Assembly: GCA_039798785.1 (NCBI GenBank)
Contig: JBDKFG010000098.1
Location: forward strand, 1 to 13,092
DNA from: Verrucomicrobiota bacterium
GTDB lineage: Bacteria > Verrucomicrobiota > Lentisphaeria > Lentisphaerales > Lentisphaeraceae
Reading direction: 5' to 3'
DNA length: 13,092 nucleotides
This document shows, one piece after another, positions 1-6,930 of this stretch (within the stretch, counting starts at the first letter, position 1; every line of letters starts with the position of its first letter). The notes beneath the pieces are model-generated. The model was given only the letters and a program-made list of their open reading frames with translations. It was not told the DNA's origin and ran no database searches. Made by a program: the position numbers and the translations under genes.

Positions 1-1
1 C

Positions 2-109
2 AAGCAGGACGTCATCGACGCCGCCAAGGCCAAGGTCCAGGCCATCCTCAGCCGCTTCCCCCTCTACCCCGAGCTCGACCTGGGCGCCTTGCGCGAACTG
101 GTCAAGTAA
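2..109 (+). CDS. glyA: 3' end of serine hydroxymethyltransferase (partial, runs in from the left edge)
   Basis: Frame +2 reads KQDVIDAAKAKVQAILSRFPLYPELDLGALRELVK*. The V..L..RFPLYPELDL ending is typical of GlyA C-termini. GC3-rich codons, TAA at 107-109, terminators follow. Only 35 aa visible. Confidence 0.75.
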   Translation, partial: KQDVIDAAKAKVQAILSRFPLYPELDLGALRELVK

Positions 110-121
110 ACCCCTGGGAGC

Positions 122-148
122 CCCGGCCTCCGTGCCGGGCTTTCATTT
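122..148 (+). terminator. Intrinsic terminator-like hairpin 1 after glyA
   Basis: CCCGGC(122-127)-ctccgt-GCCGGG(134-139) followed by ctttcattt. Confidence 0.55.
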
Positions 149-149
149 G

Positions 150-183
150 CGCCCCGGAAGCCCACGCCTCCGGGGCGTTTTCT
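150..183 (+). terminator. Intrinsic terminator-like hairpin 2 after glyA
   Basis: CGCCCCGGA(150-158) / TCCGGGGCG(169-177), a 9-bp perfect stem followed by ttttct. Confidence 0.65.
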
Positions 184-525
184 GTCAACCTAAAAACCTT
201 TCAACCTTTCAACCCGGTTTCATTCCTCTACTGCGGTTTTTAGGGTCAATCAATAATCGTGCCGATCGTCTCGATCGAGTGCGACTCGAAGCTTTGGTAA
301 GCTGAAATTCTTGCCGGGGAATGCCGCCGCTCTCGCCGCCCTGCAATTCGCTCAGCGCGTCGCAGCTCTTTTCCCGATCCCCGAGGGACAGAGCGCGGGA
401 CTTTTCGGACGCTCCCACATTTGCGGCCGATACACCCGCCAGGGCTTCATCGTCGAAGGCAGGATGGAAAGCCCGGCCAGCCCATGAAGTCTGTGCGGCT
501 CATGAGCTCGCGAGTGTCATCAGGC

Positions 526-553
526 TTGTGCATTTTTGAAAATCTGTTATCTT
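526..553 (+). promoter_or_regulatory. Putative sigma70-type promoter giving a leaderless transcript for ORF 561-881 and thrB
   Basis: TTGTGC (526-531), 16-bp spacer, extended -10 TG-t-TATCTT (545-553). The ATG at 561 lies 7 nt after the -10 and has no Shine-Dalgarno. Confidence 0.55.
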
Positions 554-560
554 CGCCGAC

Positions 561-881
561 ATGAATCCCAACTCCACAGCCTGGCCCTTCAGCCGAGTCG
601 AAACGACTCTGCGGCTCGATCCTTGCGGCGACGAAAACGCCATCAAGCTCAGCCTGATGCTGCTCGCCGGGCGCGGCTTCTCGCTCGTCTCCAGCAGCTG
701 CACCGAAATGCTCGGCGCCCGGATCACCCTGATCAACCTCCGCTCCGAGGCCGGCGACGCCGTCCTGCAAGCCAGCCTCGAAGATGGTGTCGAACTGATC
801 TGCAGCCGCGACATCGCCGCGACCCTTGGCGACCTTGCCATCGGCTCCATTACCTCGATTACCACTGGCACCTGCGGCTGA
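561..881 (+). CDS. 106-aa protein, weakly ACT-domain-like, with a C-terminal Thr/Ile-rich ThrL-like tail (putative long attenuation leader)
   Basis: Codon usage is GC3-rich like the neighbours. ENAIKLSLMLLAGRGFSLVSSS loosely resembles the IlvM/IlvN-type ACT 'L.R.GF.I.S' segment. The tail IGSITSITTGTCG* resembles E. coli ThrL (..TITITTGNGAG). Confidence 0.7.
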   Translation: MNPNSTAWPFSRVETTLRLDPCGDENAIKLSLMLLAGRGFSLVSSSCTEMLGARITLINLRSEAGDAVLQASLEDGVELICSRDIAATLGDLAIGSITSITTGTCG

Positions 882-955
882 GCCGTCGGCAACCTAGCAT
901 CACCCCCCAGATGACAGGCGACCCGGCGGCTAACAGCCCCCGGGTCGCTTCTTTT
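840..955 (+). promoter_or_regulatory. Putative Thr/Ile-responsive transcription attenuator upstream of thrB
   Basis: Control codons at 840-872 (7 of 11 are Thr/Ile). Antiterminator AGCCGTCGG(881-889) pairs with CCGGCGGCT(923-931). The mutually exclusive terminator is at 916-950, with a U-tract to 955. Confidence 0.7.
916..955 (+). terminator. Attenuator terminator hairpin
   Basis: AGGCGACCCGG(916-926)/CCGGGTCGCTT(940-950) plus inner GGCT/AGCC pairs, followed by cTTTT; ends 26 nt before the thrB ATG. Confidence 0.75.
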
Positions 956-981
956 GAACCGCAAAAACAAGGAAAGACAAG

Positions 982-1938
982 ATGAAAGAAGCCCCCAAGA
1001 AACTCCTCAGCGTCCGCGTTCCGGCCACCTCTGCCAACCTCGGCTCGGGCTTCGACTGCATGGGCATCGCCCTCAACCTGTGGAACGAGTTCGAACTCTG
1101 GACCTCCCCCGGCCAGGAAGAGCAGATCCTGGTCGAATCCTTTGGCGAAGCGGCGGAACGAATGCCGCGCGACCGCAGCAACGCCATCGCCCGCATCCTC
1201 TTCGAGGAACTGGAGGAAAGCCTCGGCCGCGAAGCCCCCGGCCCCCTTCGCATCGTCAGCCGCTGCAGCCTTCCTTGCGGCTCCGGTCTCGGCTCCTCCT
1301 CCACCGCCGTCATCGCCGGACTGATCTTCGCCCACGCCCTCGGCCGTCCCGATCTCGGCGCCGACAACATCGCCACCCTCCGCAAGGCCGTCCTCAACCG
1401 AGCCGTCGAAATCGAAGGCCACGGCGACAACGTCGCCCCGGCCCTCCTCGGCGGACTGGTCTGCGTCATCCGCACCCAAACCGGCCGGACCCTCGCCCAA
1501 CCGCTTCCTTGCGCCGTCCGCAAGGTCGTCGTCTGCACTCCCGACTTCCACTTCCTCACCGTCAAGGCCCGCGCCGTCCTGCCGCCCACCCTGCCCCGCG
1601 CCGACGCCATCTTCAACATCGGCCACGCAGTGCTCACCGTCGAAGCCCTGCGCAGCGGCGATCTCCGCCTTCTCGGCAAGTCGCTCGACGACCGTCTGCA
1701 CGAACCCTACCGCCTGCCCGCCATCCCCGGCGCCCTCGACGCCCGCGAAGCCGCCCTCGACGCCGGCGCCGCCGCGGTCTGCCTCTCCGGCGCCGGCCCC
1801 TCGCTGCTCGCCTTTGCCGACGAAGGGCACGAACGCATCGCCGCCGCGATGGTCGCCGGTTTCGCCTCGGTCGGGATGAAGGCGCAGTCGCGCATCCTCG
1901 ACGTGGTCGCCGACGGCACCGAGATCAGCCTCGGATGA
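982..1938 (+). CDS. thrB: Homoserine kinase (GHMP family), 318 aa
   Basis: VRVPATSANLGSGFDCMGIAL, PCGSGLGSSS, IEGHGDNVAPALLGG, DRLHEPYR and LSGAGPS motifs; SD AAGGA at 969-973. Confidence 0.96.
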   Translation: MKEAPKKLLSVRVPATSANLGSGFDCMGIALNLWNEFELWTSPGQEEQILVESFGEAAERMPRDRSNAIARILFEELEESLGREAPGPLRIVSRCSLPCGSGLGSSSTAVIAGLIFAHALGRPDLGADNIATLRKAVLNRAVEIEGHGDNVAPALLGGLVCVIRTQTGRTLAQPLPCAVRKVVVCTPDFHFLTVKARAVLPPTLPRADAIFNIGHAVLTVEALRSGDLRLLGKSLDDRLHEPYRLPAIPGALDAREAALDAGAAAVCLSGAGPSLLAFADEGHERIAAAMVAGFASVGMKAQSRILDVVADGTEISLG

Positions 1939-2378
1939 AAGGTCCCGGCAGTCGCACCCACGTCCTGGTCAAGGAGGTCGAGTTCTCCCACACCGACCTC
2001 GCCGGGATCGCCCATTTCTCCAACTTCGGCCGCTTCATGGAGGCGGCCGAGCATCTCTTCCTGCGCACCGCCGGAGTGCCCGTGGTCGACCGCATCGACG
2101 CCCTCACCCATGCGGGATTCCCCCGCTTCGAGGTCAATGTCAAGCACGAGCTGCCGCTGCGCTTCGGCGACATGGTGGAGCTCCGCCTGCAGGTGACGAG
2201 ACTCCGTCCCGGCGGCATTGAGTACCGTGTCGAATTCCATCTTCCTGCCGGCCGTGCCGCGGTCGGCACGATGAAATGCGGCTACTGCCGGTTCGTCGAC
2301 GGTGCGATCCAGGTCGCGCCGATCCCCGAAGCCCATTTCCGCCGCCTCGCCGAGGCGGCCGGCATCGATCCGGACTGA
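1935..2378 (+). CDS. Acyl-CoA thioesterase, hotdog fold (4HBT/YbgC family), 147 aa
   Basis: EVEFSHTDLAGIAHFSNFGRFMEAAEH motif with catalytic Asp, and PLRFGD. The ATG at 1935 overlaps the thrB stop (ATGA). It is the 3' part of track ORF 954..2378. Confidence 0.9.
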   Translation: MKGPGSRTHVLVKEVEFSHTDLAGIAHFSNFGRFMEAAEHLFLRTAGVPVVDRIDALTHAGFPRFEVNVKHELPLRFGDMVELRLQVTRLRPGGIEYRVEFHLPAGRAAVGTMKCGYCRFVDGAIQVAPIPEAHFRRLAEAAGIDPD

Positions 2379-2384
2379 GCCGGC

Positions 2385-4205
2385 TCAGGGCTGCGACTCG
2401 AAACCCTGGCGCAGCAGACGCCGCATCACTTTGTTGGAGGCGGTCCTGGGCAGGGATTCGAGGCGACGGCTGCCCGCCACCTTGAATAGCGGGTTGAGCC
2501 TGTCCTTGACCAGGCGACGGAAGGCTTCCAGGCATTCGGCCTCGGGTGGCACGACTTCGCCGGAGGGGACCCAGGCGATCCACAGGCTGAGCGGCCCGCC
2601 GCCGGGCGGCGGCACCGCCACCGCGGCGCAATCGCCGACCCAGGTCAGGCCGCGAAGAACCTCCTCAATCTCGCCGGAGCTGACCATGATGCCGCCGAGC
2701 TTCATCCGGTCATCGCCGCGGCCGAGCAGCCGCCAGCCTTTCTCGCAACGGCGCGCCAGGTCGCCATGCCGGCGCAAGAGCCGCCCTTCAAATTCAGGAC
2801 AGCCGGAGAAATAGACTTGGTGGTGATCGGCGTTGAGCAGACGCGTCGACAGGCCGAAGGCGGGAGGGCGCAGGAAGATCTCGCCCTCTTCCGCTTCGGT
2901 CCCGGTCTCATCAAGCAAGACCAGCCCGGAGCCGAGGGCCGGAGTGTTGCAATATCCCGCCCGGCAGGGCAGGCAGAGGCTGCCGGTGATGTAAGCCCCG
3001 CCGATTTCCGTGCCGCCGCAATATTCGATCACCGGACGCCCGCCGGCAAAGGCCATCAGCCAAGCCATGTCCCCGGGATTGGAACATTCTCCGGTCGAGG
3101 AGAAGAGCCGGATGCCGCTCCAGTCGCAGGAGCCGAGGCAGCCCTGGCTCCGCCAGGCCGCGACCATGCTCGGCACCAGGCCGAGGATCGTCGTCCCGGA
3201 TTTCTCGATGAAACGTCCAAAGACCTCCCCCGCCGGCGCTCCGTGCGGCAGGACGACGCAGCCCCGGTTGATCAGGGTGGCGAAAAGCAGCCAGGGCCCC
3301 ATCATCCAGCCAAGGCTGGTCGGCCAGCAGACGCGGTCGCCGGGATGGATGTCCTGGTGGAAGCGGCCGTCGCTGGCGCATTTGATCGCAGTGCTGTGGC
3401 GCCAGGGAATGCCTTTGGGTTCGCCGGTGGTGCCGGAAGAGAAGAGGAGACAGAGCTCGTCCTCCGCCTGACGCTCGACCGCGGCGAAGGGCTTGATCTC
3501 GTCGCCGAGAAAGTCGCGCCAATCGATCGAGCCCGGCGGCAAGACGCTGGCGGCGTCGAAGCGGCGCAAGACCAGAGGCAGCCCGGCGGCGGCGGCGCGA
3601 TCCAGCAAGGGCAGCTTTCTCCCGTTGCGCATGACGCAATCCTGGGTGAAGAGATAGCGTGCGCCGCCGATCCTCATCCGCACCGCCAGCTCGGCGCCGC
3701 TGAAGGCGTCGGAGGCCGTCACCGGCACCACTCCGGCTTTGACCGCACCGAGAAAGAGCGCCGCCGCCTCCGCCGTGAAGGCCGAGACCAGGCCGATACG
3801 GTCACCGGGCCGCAGCCCGAGCCGGCTCAGCCCCCAGGCATGTCGGTCGACCAGAGCCTCGAACTCTGCCAGGCTGTAATCCCTCCAGCTGCCGTCTTCG
3901 CGCCCCTCTCGCAATGCCAACGAATCCGGCTTGCCCTGAAAACAAGAATCCGCGATGTTCATCAACGCCCCAGGGAGACAGGCCGGCACTTCTCCCCCCC
4001 GACCAAAAACCGCATCAGGATCCCGCCTCAGACGAATCGGGATTTTCGCCATCGCCTCTCGCCAAAAGGCAGCCGGCTCATCCACCGACCAGCGCCACAA
4101 GTCGCCCCAGGCGGAAAGCCCTTTCTCCTTCATCCATTGCCCCGCATGGGTGGCTTCGATCAGCTCCGACGTCGGCGTCCACAAACCGTCTTCCTTCCTG
4201 CTCAT
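2385..4205 (-). CDS. AMP-forming acyl-CoA synthetase (acetate-CoA ligase-like, AAE17/18-like subfamily), ~606 aa
   Basis: LFSSGTTGEPKG, WPTSLGWMMGPW, YCGGTEIGG, RHGD, GRGDD..KLGG and LPRTASNKVMRR motifs. GGAGGG SD upstream of the ATG at 4205 (GTG 4211 is an alternative start). Confidence 0.9.
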   Translation of the reverse strand: MSRKEDGLWTPTSELIEATHAGQWMKEKGLSAWGDLWRWSVDEPAAFWREAMAKIPIRLRRDPDAVFGRGGEVPACLPGALMNIADSCFQGKPDSLALREGREDGSWRDYSLAEFEALVDRHAWGLSRLGLRPGDRIGLVSAFTAEAAALFLGAVKAGVVPVTASDAFSGAELAVRMRIGGARYLFTQDCVMRNGRKLPLLDRAAAAGLPLVLRRFDAASVLPPGSIDWRDFLGDEIKPFAAVERQAEDELCLLFSSGTTGEPKGIPWRHSTAIKCASDGRFHQDIHPGDRVCWPTSLGWMMGPWLLFATLINRGCVVLPHGAPAGEVFGRFIEKSGTTILGLVPSMVAAWRSQGCLGSCDWSGIRLFSSTGECSNPGDMAWLMAFAGGRPVIEYCGGTEIGGAYITGSLCLPCRAGYCNTPALGSGLVLLDETGTEAEEGEIFLRPPAFGLSTRLLNADHHQVYFSGCPEFEGRLLRRHGDLARRCEKGWRLLGRGDDRMKLGGIMVSSGEIEEVLRGLTWVGDCAAVAVPPPGGGPLSLWIAWVPSGEVVPPEAECLEAFRRLVKDRLNPLFKVAGSRRLESLPRTASNKVMRRLLRQGFESQP

Positions 4206-4297
4206 GATCACTCCCTCCTACTGCCTCCAAGATAGGCCAGCCCGCCCACTTGCCACCCCCATCATGTCATAAACGATCAATCACGACACTTTTCTAT

Positions 4298-4347
4298 AAT
4301 TAGCATGATGTGTTTAAATTTTATAAATTAAACACATCATGCTAATT
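4298..4347. repeat. Perfect 20-bp inverted repeat with a 10-nt AT spacer
   Basis: AATTAGCATGATGTGTTTAA (4298-4317) / TTAAACACATCATGCTAATT (4328-4347). Confidence 0.95.
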
Positions 4348-4366
4348 TCAAAAGGAACTATTTTCC

Positions 4367-4404
4367 AAAAAAAACTTGTGTCGGTGCAGCATCTGTGGTA
4401 TCAT
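4367..4404 (+). promoter_or_regulatory. Putative sigma70 promoter of ptsP
   Basis: A-tract (UP-like), TTGTGT (4376-4381), 17-bp spacer, extended -10 TG-g-TATCAT (4396-4404). Confidence 0.55.
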
Positions 4405-4440
4405 GGTGCACTCCGACAATCGCACCAGCAGGAAACCTTG

Positions 4441-6717
4441 ATGAGCAAGACCAGCAACTACGACATCCTGAAAGCCGTGACCACCGCTTTCCTGGAGCAT
4501 CAGGACACCCGGGTCATCCTGCAGAAGGCGGCGTCGCAGATTTGCCTGCAATTGAATTTCGAGGCCTGTACTATTTATGTCTGGGATGCCACGATCCAGG
4601 CTTTGGTGTTGACCGCCGCGACCGGCTATCGCGGCGGCATCGGCACCCAGCTCCGGCCGGGCCAGGGGATCACCGGCACCGTCTTCAGCAGTCGTCAGAT
4701 GTTGAACCTGACCAACCCGGAGAAGCACCCCGCCTACGTCTTCGTTTCCGAGACCGGGGAAGAAGAGTATCACTCCTACCTCGGCGTGCCGATGCTTTGC
4801 GGCGAGACCTGCGTCGGGGTCATGTCGATCCAGTCGCGCAAGAACCGCCCTTTCCACGACGACGTCGTCGACCTCGCCATGACTCTCTCGAACCAGCTCG
4901 CGATCATCCTTTCCAACGCCCAGGCCGGCAAGGTCTTCCGTCTCGGCGACGAGAAGACGCCGCAACCCAAGACCCGCCATGCCCGCCACGACATCGAGTT
5001 GCGCGGCGCCCCGGTGGCGCCGGGGGCAGTGCACGGCAAGGCTCTGGTTCTGGACGGCGAGACCTCCTGGAACAAGATCACCGGCGAAGAGAAGACCGAG
5101 GACATCCCCCACGAGCTGCGCCGCCTCGAATCGGCCCTTGGCAAGGCCCGCGAAGAGACCCTGGAGATCCAGGAGCGGGCCGCCAAGGTCTTCATCGAGG
5201 CCGACGCATCGATCTTCTTCGCCCAGCTCCTGATGCTGGAAGACGACGGCCTTATCGAAGATCTGCGCAGCTCGATCGAAGGAGGGCTGAAGGCGGAATC
5301 AGCCTTGAAAGCGGTGATCGAGAAGTTCCGCACCCGCTTCCTCACTTCGCACGAGACGCAGCTGCGCGACCGCGCCGTCGACCTCCTCGACATCGGCATG
5401 AGGGTCCTCAGCCAACTCGAGGGCGGCCGCCGCCGCCGCGGCCTGGAGGAGCACAAGTTCATCCTCGTGTCGCGCGAGGTCATGCCCTCCGACCTGGTCC
5501 GCCTGCCGACCCAGAACCTCCTGGCCCTGATCTGCAGCGAAGGCGGCGCCACCTCGCACGCCGCCATCCTCGCACGCTCCCTCGGCATCCCCGCGATCAT
5601 GGGCTTCGGCCGCGACCACCACATCGAAGAAGGCGACAGCTTGATCGTCGACGGCGACGAAGGGGTCATCTACCACCGCCCGAGCGAGCAGCGCCTGACC
5701 ATCTACCGCGAGCGGCTGCACAGCCGCCGCGCCGAACTCGGCCACCCGCTGCTGAAAGAGCCCACCGTCACCGCCGACGGCACCCGCCTCTTCCTGCAGG
5801 GCAACGTATGCATGCTCGGCGACTTCAAGCATCTCGACCGCATCCACAACGACGGTGTCGGCCTCTACCGCTCCGAATTCATGTTCATGATCCACGAGAA
5901 CTTCCCCTCGGAGAACGAGCAGTACCGCATCTACCGCAGCCTCGCCAAGCTCGCCGAGCCCAACCCCGTGGTCATCCGCGCCCTCGACATCGGCGGCGAC
6001 AAGCCGCTGAAATACTTCGACCTCGGCAAGGAGCTCGATCCGATGCTCGGCTTCCGCTCCATCCGGGTCCTCCTCGACCACCCCGAGATCTTCCACCCCC
6101 ACCTTCGCGCCATGCTTCGCGCCTCGCAGCGCGGCAACATCCGCATCCTCTTCCCGATGATCGCCCACGCCGAGGACATGATCGCCGTCCGCGCCGTCAT
6201 CGACCGCTGCCTCCGCGACCTGCGAGAGACCTATGGCGAAAAGTTCGACATGCCCCAGATCGGCGCGATGATCGAAATGCCCAGCGCGGTGGCCCAGATC
6301 GACGCCATTCTCGACTATGTCGACTTCGTCAGCCTCGGCACCAACGACCTGGTCCAGTACACCTTCGCCGTCGACCGCGGCAACAGCCGCATCGATCGCT
6401 ATTTCAAGCCGATGCACCCGGTCATCCTCGGCTATCTCGACAAGGTGTCGCGCGCTTGCGCCAAGCGCAAGAAGGGCCTCGGCGTCTGCGGCGAAATCGC
6501 TGGCAACGCGCAGTGGCTGCCGGTGCTCGCCGGCCTTGGGCTGCACAACCTCTCGATGCCGCCGCCGGTGATGCCGAAGGTGAAGATGATGGCCCACCGC
6601 ATCGACCTGGCTGAGTGCCGCAAGCTGGCGCAGCGCTGCCTGAAGTGCCGCACCGAGGCGGAAGTGCGTCAGCAGATCGAGAAGTTCCACGAGAAGCTGC
6701 ACAACAGCGAGAAGTGA
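4441..6717 (+). CDS. ptsP: GAF-domain PEP-protein phosphotransferase (Enzyme I, EI-Ntr-like), 758 aa
   Basis: N-terminal GAF (GQGITG..ETGEEEYHSYLGVPM), phospho-His GGATSHAAILARSLGIPA, GVGLYRSEFMFM, RALDIGGDK, SLGTNDLVQY and GVCGE. AGGA SD before the ATG at 4441; the track start at 4339 lies inside the promoter region. Confidence 0.95.
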   Translation: MSKTSNYDILKAVTTAFLEHQDTRVILQKAASQICLQLNFEACTIYVWDATIQALVLTAATGYRGGIGTQLRPGQGITGTVFSSRQMLNLTNPEKHPAYVFVSETGEEEYHSYLGVPMLCGETCVGVMSIQSRKNRPFHDDVVDLAMTLSNQLAIILSNAQAGKVFRLGDEKTPQPKTRHARHDIELRGAPVAPGAVHGKALVLDGETSWNKITGEEKTEDIPHELRRLESALGKAREETLEIQERAAKVFIEADASIFFAQLLMLEDDGLIEDLRSSIEGGLKAESALKAVIEKFRTRFLTSHETQLRDRAVDLLDIGMRVLSQLEGGRRRRGLEEHKFILVSREVMPSDLVRLPTQNLLALICSEGGATSHAAILARSLGIPAIMGFGRDHHIEEGDSLIVDGDEGVIYHRPSEQRLTIYRERLHSRRAELGHPLLKEPTVTADGTRLFLQGNVCMLGDFKHLDRIHNDGVGLYRSEFMFMIHENFPSENEQYRIYRSLAKLAEPNPVVIRALDIGGDKPLKYFDLGKELDPMLGFRSIRVLLDHPEIFHPHLRAMLRASQRGNIRILFPMIAHAEDMIAVRAVIDRCLRDLRETYGEKFDMPQIGAMIEMPSAVAQIDAILDYVDFVSLGTNDLVQYTFAVDRGNSRIDRYFKPMHPVILGYLDKVSRACAKRKKGLGVCGEIAGNAQWLPVLAGLGLHNLSMPPPVMPKVKMMAHRIDLAECRKLAQRCLKCRTEAEVRQQIEKFHEKLHNSEK

Positions 6718-6930
6718 GCCGCGCCGCCAACTCTTGACGGCTGAGCCGGAGGCTGCAGCGAATTTCCCGAAAACTCTGTCTGCCGCGGCGCAAGTCCTTG
6801 CAGCCTTGCTAGACTCGGCTATGCTAGGCGCCGCATCGGCAACAGTCGCCGAATGCCGCAATCTTTGCTGAACCGGGATCCGTCCAGGCAGCGGGAATAA
6901 GCACAATCGAAGAGATCCGGAGCATAGTTG

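Noticed and set aside
209..539. Small ORFs 209..418 (-) and 321..539 (+)
   Set aside because: No SD, atypical codon usage and no recognisable motifs
954..1934. N-terminal ~327 aa of the 474-aa track ORF 954..2378 (apparent large thioesterase fusion)
   Set aside because: Arg/Pro-rich off-frame shadow of thrB; the real thioesterase starts at ATG 1935
4339..4440. Extended ptsP N-terminus from 4339
   Set aside because: Lies in the AT-rich promoter and inverted repeat; the SD and codon style support ATG 4441
6738..6748. CGGCTGAGCCG recurring at 875-885 and 6738-6748
   Set aside because: An 11-mer match is expected by chance in 13 kb of GC-rich DNA
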